61,401 nt of DNA from positions 1-61,401 of the IMG/VR virus record IMGVR_UViG_3300049032_000024; one strand, written 5' to 3'. Under the pieces are notes generated by a model. The model was not told where the DNA came from. It searched no databases and worked only from the letters and a program-made list of their open reading frames with translations. The stretch comes from a virus (Duplodnaviria > Caudoviricetes). The first letter of the stretch is position 1. Each line of letters opens with the position of its first letter. A program made the translations under genes and the position numbers. Below, one piece after another: positions 46,879 to 55,547 of this stretch.

Positions 46879-47037
46879 ATGAAAACACAACAGGAAATTA
46901 CGGCACGTATTGCTTACTTGAAGCACCAAAAAGAGCAGGCAATAAAAGAAGAGTTGTGGACAGCTACAGCGATATTTCAAGCGCAGATAGAAACGCTTGA
47001 ATGGGTACAGGAAGCAACTACGTTTCATACGTTCTAA
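46879..47037 (+). CDS. Small hypothetical early protein (52 aa)
   Basis: RBS GGGAGAG; MKTQQEITARIAYL... Confidence 0.6.
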   Translation: MKTQQEITARIAYLKHQKEQAIKEELWTATAIFQAQIETLEWVQEATTFHTF

Positions 47038-47089
47038 ATGCGTTTAGCCATTACCGGATACCCGGTAATGGCTATGCACAGTTAGTGCA
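47035..47089 (+). repeat. Structured intergenic RNA repeat, copy 1
   Basis: 13-bp stem plus TGCAC-AGTTA-GTGCA stem. Confidence 0.8.
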
Positions 47090-47110
47090 GTACAGAAAAG
47101 GGGAAGCAAG

Positions 47111-47518
47111 ATGCAAAAAGATGAATGCTCACGGATTGAATGGCTTTCACAGTTTGATGACTACGCCCTAGCTTCAATGGCCAATGGTGGCTACAGGCTT
47201 GAAGACGATTCACTCGAAACAGCTACGGCAGAAGAGCTTGAAGCAGTAAGGCTCTACAGGCTTGAAAGCTTCAATAAATGGGCAGCAAATAATCCGTTTG
47301 TGGAGCTGGAAACAATGGTTCAGGGCGCAACGGTTGAAGGGCTTGTTTACCGGGTATACGGGGGAACATCCCATAGCGAACGTGTAGACGTAGCACTGGA
47401 ATACTCCAGCTATCTCGAGTCTGAAGGTTATGTAATTAGTTGTGATCGCTATGAGGCAACAAACAAAAAAGATGGTGAAGGAAACACTTACACAGAGTTT
47501 CGTTTCACCTGCAGCTAG
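47111..47518 (+). CDS. Hypothetical early protein
   Basis: RBS present; A-rich codon usage. Confidence 0.65.
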   Translation: MQKDECSRIEWLSQFDDYALASMANGGYRLEDDSLETATAEELEAVRLYRLESFNKWAANNPFVELETMVQGATVEGLVYRVYGGTSHSERVDVALEYSSYLESEGYVISCDRYEATNKKDGEGNTYTEFRFTCS

Positions 47519-47554
47519 TACCCGGTAACACCAAACGAAAAGGAAGACAGAACA

Positions 47555-47923
47555 ATGGGACAGACAAAAGCGGAAAAGCTGGCGGAAAAAGCTGCAGCTA
47601 GGGAAGCACTCGTTTCACGTTGGAAGGATGAAATTCTCAAACCTTCCACTCTTCTGGAATTCCGTACGGAGTACGGAAAAGGTGAGACTGATTATGTGGA
47701 AGCTCACTGTTACTACCTTGGAAAAGATGGGAAGCTGCAGCACTTTCCGCTCACTGTGCTTATTGCACAGGCTTGGGGAATGAAATTGAAGCGGACACAA
47801 AGTAAGACGCAAATAGCTGAAGGTGGTGGTGGCCTGTCTAAGAGCTACAAAATTGCAATGATGCTCTTTCAAGTGCTCGACATAGAGCACCGTGAAACAG
47901 ATATCAATTTCACCTATCGCTAA
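47555..47923 (+). CDS. Hypothetical early protein
   Basis: RBS AAAGGAAG. Confidence 0.65.
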   Translation: MGQTKAEKLAEKAAAREALVSRWKDEILKPSTLLEFRTEYGKGETDYVEAHCYYLGKDGKLQHFPLTVLIAQAWGMKLKRTQSKTQIAEGGGGLSKSYKIAMMLFQVLDIEHRETDINFTYR

Positions 47924-47978
47924 AGGCATTTAGTCATTACCCGGATAGTCCGGGTAGTGGCTATGTGCAGTTAGCACA
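47921..47978 (+). repeat. Structured intergenic RNA repeat, copy 2
   Basis: Same two stems with G-U pairs and compensatory changes. Confidence 0.8.
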
Positions 47979-47998
47979 GAACAACAGGAAGGAAAGTC

Positions 47999-48604
47999 AT
48001 GTTTTCGTATGTACCTAATACACATTGGGCGAAAGATGGATCAGAGAGCACTAAGCAGGTAGCGAGCATTGAAGCGCTGTACGACCTGTGTAAGCAAGGG
48101 GAAGTAGCAAGGGTAATAATCCCTATGACGTGGTACGGATACGGCGCGACAGTAATCAGTCTGAGCAATCACAGAAGCATCAAAAAGCACTACGCAGAAA
48201 ACAAATTCCGAGACTACGGAACAGAACTTTCAATGTCTGCCTATCAGTTCAGGAAGTACCCGGAATTCCGCGACATGATTAGGGAACTGCAGGAAGAGTA
48301 CCCGGTATTCAATGAACAGGATTACAGCGAGCTTGAAAGTGAAACTCTGTTGGAATTCCTAGTAGATGAAATTAGCTATGTGCTAATTGAAGATGAAAGC
48401 GGATTGTGGCCTGAAACGTTGTACGAAACAAAGGAAGTAGTAAGACTGATTCTTGAAGGGTATTCAGAAAAGGACTGGAGTACCCGGATCGAATGGTGGG
48501 AATACTGCAGGCTGGACAATGACGGAGCTACGCCCTACAGCGATAAAACAGAAATTGAAGAGCTCGCCAAAATGATTACAGCTAAGCGAGTAGCCACTAA
48601 GTGA
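47999..48604 (+). CDS. Hypothetical acidic early protein
   Basis: YPVFNEQDYSELE motif; RBS present. Confidence 0.7.
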   Translation: MFSYVPNTHWAKDGSESTKQVASIEALYDLCKQGEVARVIIPMTWYGYGATVISLSNHRSIKKHYAENKFRDYGTELSMSAYQFRKYPEFRDMIRELQEEYPVFNEQDYSELESETLLEFLVDEISYVLIEDESGLWPETLYETKEVVRLILEGYSEKDWSTRIEWWEYCRLDNDGATPYSDKTEIEELAKMITAKRVATK

Positions 48605-48954
48605 AATTCCCTATCTTCCCTAGCCTGCAGCAAATACTAGGGCTCTTCCTTTTGATGCTTTTCATCTTCCTACCCGGCTGGCTTAGTCCTCCCTACTAAA
48701 CAAAGGACAAAAAGAATGTTTGCTAGAGCAACACCGTTCAAGTGTGAAGGACATGTCTATGACTCCATAAGCACTGTGTTTGAAGACAGAACGTTTACAG
48801 CTAGGCACTGTAGCTACTGCAGCGAGCACAAAGCAGTTACAGCTATCCGAAAATTCTTCAAGCTGTGAATGGCCTGCAGTTTGCTGCGCTAGTAATCGCT
48901 GCAGCTTGGATATTCCGATACGCGATACACAACAAACTAGAGATTGGAAGCAAG

Positions 48955-49416
48955 ATGGCTAAGCCCTTGAATGAAATTATGGAATTCGATCACATTGTGG
49001 AAGTCCACAAAGATGGGAGCATTACCGATACGGATATGTGCGTAGGGGATAGTGACGCATATTTTGAATTGTCTGTGAATTCTGAAGGTGAGGATGACTT
49101 TTACATGCCTCCGGGATGGGAATTGCTTAGGGGATTCACTGGGCAGTATTCCTACAATGGTCCAGTAATGCATCCCTCAGAATTCATTGGGGGCGGGTTA
49201 GAGCGACACATTAGAGAGACTCCGGGTTACTACGTAGCACTAGTAGTGGAGGGTACAGATAAACATGAGTGGCAGGTATCGCGGTTTACAGGTACTAGGA
49301 CATGTCAGCGTTGCGGACTATTGCCGCAGGATAGCGACGATATGGAAAGTGAATGCAATAGCGATAATCCTGCAGGGTGGGCTGTAGCCTATAAACCGTC
49401 CGCTGAAACTGACTAA
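48955..49416 (+). CDS. Hypothetical early protein
   Basis: GFTGQYSYNGPVMHPSEFIGG motif. Confidence 0.7.
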   Translation: MAKPLNEIMEFDHIVEVHKDGSITDTDMCVGDSDAYFELSVNSEGEDDFYMPPGWELLRGFTGQYSYNGPVMHPSEFIGGGLERHIRETPGYYVALVVEGTDKHEWQVSRFTGTRTCQRCGLLPQDSDDMESECNSDNPAGWAVAYKPSAETD

Positions 49417-49471
49417 ATGCGTTTAGTCATTACTAGGTACTTCCTAGTGGTGGCTATGTGCAATTAGCACA
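49414..49471 (+). repeat. Structured intergenic RNA repeat, copy 3
   Basis: Same two stems with G-U pairs and compensatory changes. Confidence 0.8.
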
Positions 49472-49491
49472 ACAAAGAAAAGGGAGTAATC

Positions 49492-49878
49492 ATGCAGCTT
49501 GGAAAGTTCAGCAACGATAGGGATTCCGCACTCCACTACCTGTGCACTAGTGAATGGAGCAATGAATCTTTTGGTGACGTAGAAAGTCCTACAGGCTATG
49601 TATGGAGGATTAGCAACACGTGGGAGGAGGTCAAGCCCACAAACACGGAATTCAATTCTGTAATTACAGAATGGCTTAGGGCAGAAGTAAGGGAAAATTG
49701 GTTTCAGCTTGAAGCGCTGACAGAAGAGCTTAGGAAGTCTCTAGTAGGGCACTTCCTGCTACAGGAAGACAGCAACGGACTAGTACACGTTAGGGAGTAC
49801 GCAACGGAAAAAGAGCTCTTGAAGGACTTTCAAGCGCTCGAGACTGAACACTTCAATTGGGATTCACAGGGAGAGTAA
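49492..49878 (+). CDS. Hypothetical early protein
   Basis: RBS AAGGGAG. Confidence 0.7.
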   Translation: MQLGKFSNDRDSALHYLCTSEWSNESFGDVESPTGYVWRISNTWEEVKPTNTEFNSVITEWLRAEVRENWFQLEALTEELRKSLVGHFLLQEDSNGLVHVREYATEKELLKDFQALETEHFNWDSQGE

Positions 49879-49883
49879 GCACA

Positions 49884-50486
49884 ATGGAAAAAGAGACAGT
49901 AAAAACTGAAGGCGACTACCGGGCAGTTATTGAACGGGAAGAATACAGCTACGCTCCGGACGGCGACTATCAAGCTGCAGTAATCCGACTGGACTACAGC
50001 GGATACTATGACGCCGACGCTAAAAACTCTGCAGCTAATGAGTTTGAAGACGCCGCTAAACATTTCATGTCCTACTACGGAATGAATAAGGGAATTGACG
50101 TCTTCAAGCGCTATTTGACTCTCTTTCACGGAACACAGGACATTAGGGAATTCCACTACAGCTACTCTCCGGATAGTGCTAGGTATCTTGCTTTTGATTC
50201 TGCAGACATGCGTGAAGAATGGGGAAGCGCTGAAGACGCTACGGACGCCGCTGCAGGTACGGCTGAAGAATGGCAGGCGTACATAGATGGGGATACCTAC
50301 AGCATTGCTGTAGAGCGTCGGATCACCGCTAGCACAGTCTCTTACTTCCAAGGGGAAGAGCTGGGCACAGAAGAGACTGAAGATTGGGAAGAGCTGGCAG
50401 ATACAGTCTGTGGAGGTTTTTATGGTGAAAAATGGGCAAGGGAAGCTGCAGAAGAGCTCTTGAGCCACTACAGCGAAAAGGGCTAG
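49884..50486 (+). CDS. Hypothetical highly acidic early protein
   Basis: WQAYIDGDTY...DTVCGGFYG motif; Asp/Glu-rich. Confidence 0.7.
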   Translation: MEKETVKTEGDYRAVIEREEYSYAPDGDYQAAVIRLDYSGYYDADAKNSAANEFEDAAKHFMSYYGMNKGIDVFKRYLTLFHGTQDIREFHYSYSPDSARYLAFDSADMREEWGSAEDATDAAAGTAEEWQAYIDGDTYSIAVERRITASTVSYFQGEELGTEETEDWEELADTVCGGFYGEKWAREAAEELLSHYSEKG

Positions 50487-50620
50487 AGCATGACTGAACT
50501 AGAGCTACTGGAGCGCTTGACAGTTATCCGCAATGCCTGCAGCGATCCTGTTACGCGGGTAGAGCTTGCAAGGCTGCAGCGTGACCGTTGGGGAGTACAG
50601 GAAAAGGGAGAAAACAACTA

Positions 50621-50887
50621 ATGGCTAACAACGACTACCGGCGCGCGGAACTTTCCAACGTCGATGCAACGGGCGAGTACCCGGCAAAACTGAAGATAGC
50701 TAGTGACGATGGAGATACTAAGTGGCTGGACATTACAGCCACGGAGTTTGAACAGATAAAAGCTGTGTTGCTGGACTACCGGAACGACTGTGCTCATGAG
50801 CAGACACTAGATGACCTCTCAGTCTCTTTTGAGTCTGGAGCAGAGCAGAAGTGCTCTAAGTGTGGGGAGAGCGTCACACGTTGGTAA
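50621..50887 (+). CDS. Hypothetical early protein
   Basis: TKWLDI motif; C-terminal CSKC. Confidence 0.6.
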   Translation: MANNDYRRAELSNVDATGEYPAKLKIASDDGDTKWLDITATEFEQIKAVLLDYRNDCAHEQTLDDLSVSFESGAEQKCSKCGESVTRW

Positions 50888-50913
50888 GAGACAGGAAGTA
50901 GGACTAGACGTAG

Positions 50914-50975
50914 GAAGAGCCCTAGCGGCACCTGAAGGACTGTAAAAGGTCCGGACGGTACTGCTAGGGCTCTTC
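50914..50975 (+). terminator. Long hairpin closing the early operon
   Basis: GAAGAGCCCTAGCGG...CTGCTAGGGCTCTTC. Confidence 0.6.
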
Positions 50976-51332
50976 TGTGTTTGGGGCTCTTACAGGGGCG
51001 TACAGGGCGTAGGAAGAGCTGCAGGGGACAGCCATAGGGGAAGGGCTCTTACAGGCACTCAGAAGGGCAGCTATGGCGTATTCCGGGTAGGGAGAGCTAC
51101 AGGGGAGAAGTTCTACATTTGGGCAGTGTTTGTAACGCATTACATACAGTGTGGTTTATGTAGGTTAGGAAAAGCTTTGTTTCTGTGCGGGATAAATGGG
51201 TTATTGGTGAGATAGGGAAAAGGGAAAGGTTAGGGATAGGGGAGATATATGGAATGCATTACAAAAGCACCAACGCCGAAACGAGCAAAAGCCGCTAAAA
51301 CGCCGTGGTCTAGACCAGTGCTTTTCTGTCTC

Positions 51333-51420
51333 TCTATCTCTATTTATTATTTTTTTTATATTTATATATGTATTGAATTACTGACAGAAAGAAGAAAGGG
51401 AAGAGATAGGCGACTTGTAA
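51333..51420. repeat. AT-rich non-coding element, copy B
   Basis: Homologous to 20993-21080. Confidence 0.7.
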
Positions 51421-51862
51421 CCATGTTTCGCACTCGCGCGTGTCGTGTAACGCATTTCATCCAAATGCACAGGGCTCGAGCACGCTGCAGCGCTAGCCAT
51501 ACGTGCTACAGGGGACAGGACAGGGGATAGGCATGACTAGCGCTGTATGCCTACGTAACGGCCTAACAGACACACAGATAGGCATTCACCCACAGAGAGG
51601 GGTTCAAGGGCTCACAGAGGCACACAGAGGCTTAGAGCGCAGAGAAGGGCTTAGAGCTCGAGAAGCACAGAAGAGCGCACAAAGCAAGGGGAAAGTAAGT
51701 ACCTGAGAGAACAGGCTTTTGTACTGCCCTTTGTACTGTGTATGTAGATGCATATGCATGTATATGGTTCATGCGTATGCATGTATAAGTAATGACTCGA
51801 GTGAGAATCTATGCTGCATAGTCATACAGAGGTGTGGGAGCTTATGCAAGGCTGCAAAAACA

Positions 51863-51878
51863 TGTTTCACGTGAAACT
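51863..51878. promoter_or_regulatory. parS site (chromosomal ParB box)
   Basis: TGTTTCACGTGAAACT: 15/16 match to the universal parS consensus with a perfect 14-bp core. Confidence 0.85.
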
Positions 51879-51988
51879 GTGAAAAAGTACCGACTAAATC
51901 AGTTTCATAATGAGAACCATTCGCATTTTGGGACTCCTTTTGAGAAACAAATATCGCCAACCCGTTTTTTCCCTATAGGCTTTGGGGC

Positions 51989-52177
51989 ATGGATAAAGAA
52001 CTCGTTGACCTCATCAAGGCTGAGATAGCCCACAACATCACTCCTGTCATAGGCTGGCTCCGTAGGGACGCACAGACTGGCAGGGTGGACGACGATCAAG
52101 ACCGCCTGAATGAATACAGGAGGCGCTTACAGAAGGCTGCAGAGGACGTAGCTGTTGCTGTCGAAAATCGCAAGTGA
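51989..52177 (+). CDS. Hypothetical protein (leaderless)
   Basis: TAGGCT 7 nt before ATG; no RBS. Confidence 0.6.
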   Translation: MDKELVDLIKAEIAHNITPVIGWLRRDAQTGRVDDDQDRLNEYRRRLQKAAEDVAVAVENRK

Positions 52178-52219
52178 GAAACATTTAGTCGCTATGCGTT
52201 TTTCCCCTATGCTGTCCTT

Positions 52220-52444
52220 ATGACCAACTACGAGAACCTGCCCATCCTTGACCGCTACGCTGACCTCATTGCCCTTGACACTGGCTCTGCTGTCCTTACC
52301 TCTGACAGCTCGGATACCGTTGTCCTGAAGAGCAGGCTGGGACACTTCACCAATGAAGACGGCGGAGAGGTAGACGCCCGTATACTGTGGGATTACGGTA
52401 CCCACCCTTTCCGGCTTCTGTACGATCCCAAAAACCGATCCTGA
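52220..52444 (+). CDS. Hypothetical protein (leaderless)
   Basis: TATGCT 6 nt before ATG. Confidence 0.6.
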   Translation: MTNYENLPILDRYADLIALDTGSAVLTSDSSDTVVLKSRLGHFTNEDGGEVDARILWDYGTHPFRLLYDPKNRS

Positions 52445-52496
52445 AAAATCCGCCGCAAAATTTTGCCTATAGGCGATTTTCTTGTACGCTTGGGGC

Positions 52497-52778
52497 ATGA
52501 CATACAACGAACGCAGAGAAACTTTGGAAATTTCCAAGGGACAGCTCGAGGTTGAGCCCGTCTTGGATCACGATGGAGAACTGGAAATCTCCACCGGCTG
52601 GGACAGATGTGAAAATGGCCCCCACTACTTCTTCCTGACCGTGGCGGATATGATCGCGCTCCGTGACCACATTGACGCTGTACTGGAAGAGCGCAACAAG
52701 CCCCGCGTGGTGAGCAGGGAAGAAGCAGCGGACTTCGCAAGACGCTGGGATGCTCGAGTGGAAGAGGGCCGCAAGTGA
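52497..52778 (+). CDS. Hypothetical protein (leaderless)
   Basis: TACGCT 6 nt before ATG. Confidence 0.6.
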   Translation: MTYNERRETLEISKGQLEVEPVLDHDGELEISTGWDRCENGPHYFFLTVADMIALRDHIDAVLEERNKPRVVSREEAADFARRWDARVEEGRK

Positions 52779-53119
52779 CCATCGCTGACGCACTCCCCGT
52801 TGTAGGCATTGTGCTGCTCGGTGCTGCACTATTCCTGTTCTTCTACTTCGCTTTCAAGGCGTACACCGTCCCACCCAAGGCTGAGGCACGTCCGGCGTGG
52901 GACGGTAAGCACACGCTACGGGGCATCAAACACGTAGAACACTTCGGCAACCGGCCTGAAGACTACTCCACCGGCTGGCTCTGGGAATGTGCTTGTGGGA
53001 TCGGGAACAAGTACCGCATAGGCTTTGATCTTCCCTACACAGAGGGAGAAGCCATCGCTGAGTACAAAGAGCACCGTGACTTCTACAAGGGTATGCAGGA
53101 AGACGGCTCGAGCCTGTGA
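52775..53119 (+). CDS. Membrane-anchored hypothetical protein
   Basis: N-terminal TM segment; WECACG motif. Confidence 0.6.
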   Translation: MTIADALPVVGIVLLGAALFLFFYFAFKAYTVPPKAEARPAWDGKHTLRGIKHVEHFGNRPEDYSTGWLWECACGIGNKYRIGFDLPYTEGEAIAEYKEHRDFYKGMQEDGSSL

Positions 53120-53349
53120 GCGGTACCAAGAGCAGTGGCAGGAAGCTCTCACCAGAGCGCAAGCAGTTGTTGGACAACGCTGTGGCTGATGGCTGGCCTA
53201 TCCGCCAAATCATCAGCACATACGGCATTGGTACGTCCACAATCAAGAAGCACTACCCTGACTACAGAGGTATGACGGATTCCCATGAGTCCGGCAAAAT
53301 GAGCTGGCAGAACCAGCATGTGCTGCGGGATTTGAAGTTGACAGCCTAA
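53116..53349 (+). CDS. Small HTH protein
   Basis: DGWPIRQIISTYGIGTSTIKKHYP. Confidence 0.65.
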   Translation: MSGTKSSGRKLSPERKQLLDNAVADGWPIRQIISTYGIGTSTIKKHYPDYRGMTDSHESGKMSWQNQHVLRDLKLTA

Positions 53350-53409
53350 TTCCAGCCGTGTAGTTTTGAGTTATTGCTCCACTCAGGGAGCACAAAGTAA
53401 AGGAAACCA

Positions 53410-53598
53410 TTGAACATCTTTATCTTGGCAGGAGCCATCATCACCGCGCTTGTAGCGGTTTTCTACGGGGTACGTCTTATCTCCGTGGCCTTCGGTAAGC
53501 AGCAGTTTGCAGGTGAGTGGGGAGCATTCACCGCTATGCTGCTCGTTGCAGTAGGCGCGTCCGTCTCGTACTGGCTCTTCAGCCTCATCATCAAGTAA
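53410..53598 (+). CDS. Small membrane protein
   Basis: Two TM segments; RBS AAAGGA. Confidence 0.6.
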   Translation: MNIFILAGAIITALVAVFYGVRLISVAFGKQQFAGEWGAFTAMLLVAVGASVSYWLFSLIIK

Positions 53599-53607
53599 GG
53601 CAGACCA

Positions 53608-53943
53608 TTGAGCACTCACACACTCGTAATCCCTCCCGCAGAACACGGTGAGGAAGACTTCGCCTACGCTGAGCAGCTTGTCATTGATGAGGGCGGCATT
53701 GACCTGAAGTCCGGTGGAGAAACGGTCATCAGCGCCTCTTTCGACAAGCTTGACCCCTTCCAGCTCGCCTACGAGGTTCTTCCTGAATCCTTCTCCTTCC
53801 CCACACCACAGGACTCCTTGGAGTGGGAAGAGTTTGTGCAGACTGGAGCACACAACACTGAGAACATCAGCGATGAAGACCTTGAACTGGCCGCGCGGGG
53901 ATTCCTGACCATGCTGGCAATCCGTGGAGGGTACACCAAGTGA
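53608..53943 (+). CDS. Hypothetical acidic protein
   Basis: ORF with phage-like codon usage. Confidence 0.6.
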   Translation: MSTHTLVIPPAEHGEEDFAYAEQLVIDEGGIDLKSGGETVISASFDKLDPFQLAYEVLPESFSFPTPQDSLEWEEFVQTGAHNTENISDEDLELAARGFLTMLAIRGGYTK

Positions 53944-54039
53944 AATCCCTCTTCTACAACGCCATGTACCAGCTCTGTGACTTCATCATGTGGGCCAGAA
54001 TCAATGACCGTGAACACTACGCAAGATGGTGGGAAGCAA

Positions 54040-54303
54040 GTGAGTATTACCGCCGCAAGCGGGACGCTGCCTAGCAAGTACGTCCGCAACCCTCGCGGGG
54101 GCAGACCTTTGATGAATCCAGCGTATGTGGCTCTCTGGGAGTCCTACTTGGATGAAGGCTACTCCGGTAAGGCTGTTGCTGAACTGTTCGGTGTTATGAA
54201 GCACACGGTCTACAGGTACTACCCTGACAAGGTGTGGACCAGCAAGCAGGCTTCTGCACACGGCAAACTAGTGCGGAAACTCAACGAACTGAGCATGTGC
54301 TAG
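54040..54303 (+). CDS. Small HTH protein
   Basis: EGYSGKAVAELFGVMKHTVYRYYP; resembles the 53116 gene. Confidence 0.65.
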   Translation: MSITAASGTLPSKYVRNPRGGRPLMNPAYVALWESYLDEGYSGKAVAELFGVMKHTVYRYYPDKVWTSKQASAHGKLVRKLNELSMC

Positions 54304-54378
54304 AGTAGTTTCAGGGTCTGGGGCACACCCAAGAGGTCAAGTAATTTCTTAGGAAAAACGCTCAAAAGTGCCCCACTT

Positions 54379-54452
54379 GTGGGTGTAGCTCAATTGGTTA
54401 GAGTGCCGGTTTTGGGAACCGGAAGTTGCAGGTTCAAGTCCTGTCTCCCGCA
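54379..54452 (+). tRNA. tRNA-Pro(UGG)
   Basis: Cloverleaf; CCGGT-TTTGGGA-ACCGG anticodon arm; GGTTCAAGTCC T arm; one T-T mismatch in the acceptor stem. Confidence 0.85.
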
Positions 54453-54535
54453 CGAAGTCGATATGGACGTGACGACTTCTAATAAAACTCGATCCGCGTC
54501 ATTTGTTGGGGTTTGACGGTAACTAACCCCTTCGG

Positions 54536-54608
54536 TGGGAGTTAGCTCAGATGGCAGAGCAGCGCACTGTTAATGCGCGGGTCACAGGTTCGAGCCCTGT
54601 ACTCCCAG
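54536..54608 (+). tRNA. tRNA-Asn(GUU)
   Basis: TGGGAGT/ACTCCCA acceptor stem; GCGCA-CTGTTAA-TGCGC anticodon arm; GGTTCGAGCCC T arm. Confidence 0.92.
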
Positions 54609-54677
54609 CAAGAGCAGCATACGGGCGGAACCCCAAGACCGAGGCCGCTGTGATGGCTCTTGGTGGCGACCTAATAC

Positions 54678-54740
54678 GCGCAAAAAAGCCCCTCAAAGGC
54701 ACCGGCTACAAACTGGGACGCTGAGAGGGGCTTTTTTGCG
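54678..54740 (+). terminator. Terminator-like hairpin after the tRNA cluster
   Basis: CGCAAAAAAGCCCCTC...GAGGGGCTTTTTTGCG. Confidence 0.7.
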
Positions 54741-54782
54741 TCTGTGATAGTTTTGTGGTAAGGACCGCAAACAGGAAGCACA

Positions 54783-55310
54783 ATGACAGACGAAATTCAA
54801 GGCAATATGTCATTCCTCACCAAAAAGGTGGTGGACGCCCGAGTAAGAGGCGAAACCATTGAGGAAGCAGCCGCAAATATCGGTATCACCGTCGAAGAGG
54901 CGGTTGAGGCGTGGCAGCAGTACGTTTCCAGCCGCACTGTCATGCCCAAGGAAGAGCAGTTTGTGCTGCACCTTCTGCGGCTCGAAAACCTGCTCACGCG
55001 GGTCAATCTGAAGCTCGAGAACAGCCAGTTCGTTGAAGACTTTGAGGTTGTCCTGAAGCTTTTGGACCGCGTTGAAGCCCTCCAGAATCTCAACCTCTCG
55101 CGCAAGGAAGTGGCTGAGCAGGAAGCAGACAAGCTCCACCGGCTACAGGCAGAACAGGTGCTTGGCATTCTGGAAATGTCACGGCTGATGATGAGGGGCA
55201 TGATCGAAGAAGCTTTCGAGCAGCGCACTCTCAAGGCTGCAAAGGCAGCACTCCTGACCGATCTGGGGGAGTACACCAACAAAGCTCTTGAAAGGCTGGA
55301 AACCGAGTGA
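54783..55310 (+). CDS. Putative terminase small subunit
   Basis: N-terminal HTH plus helical domain; upstream of the large terminase. Confidence 0.55.
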   Translation: MTDEIQGNMSFLTKKVVDARVRGETIEEAAANIGITVEEAVEAWQQYVSSRTVMPKEEQFVLHLLRLENLLTRVNLKLENSQFVEDFEVVLKLLDRVEALQNLNLSRKEVAEQEADKLHRLQAEQVLGILEMSRLMMRGMIEEAFEQRTLKAAKAALLTDLGEYTNKALERLETE

Positions 55311-55528
55311 CCAAGGAACAAGAACTCTGTGCTCTGCTTGATCTGACGTTCGACAACTACCCCGAACGCCCGGATTTCGCCGCGATTCGGGAGCTGGCCT
55401 TTGTGTCGAAGCACTCGAGCTGGCTTATCACAGAGCTGCTAAAAGCCATGTTCCTGTACGGGGAAGACCCCTCTGCCTTTGATGAATACCTGTGGGCTAT
55501 GACCAATAAGGTAGACTCTATGGAGTAA
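55307..55528 (+). CDS. Hypothetical protein
   Basis: 4-bp overlap with the upstream gene. Confidence 0.55.
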   Translation: MTKEQELCALLDLTFDNYPERPDFAAIRELAFVSKHSSWLITELLKAMFLYGEDPSAFDEYLWAMTNKVDSME

Positions 55529-55547
55529 ATACTATAGAGAAGGTGTA

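Noticed and set aside
47612-47626. Second parS site (GTTTCACGTTGGAAG)
   Set aside because: Half-site only, and inside a coding region.
47230-51020. Repeated GAAGAGCT in the early island
   Set aside because: Mostly explained by Glu-Glu-Leu codons in acidic proteins.
51249-51960. Short ORFs in the right non-coding block
   Set aside because: Low-complexity translations across AT-rich and operator-like DNA, with no convincing RBS.
54379-54608. Prophage attachment at the tRNAs
   Set aside because: No integrase, repressor or host genes were seen, and the window closes as a circle.
54453-54680. Theta/HDV-like ribozymes after the tRNAs
   Set aside because: I could not build the nested P2/P3/L3 elements; the loop in the first stem is too short.
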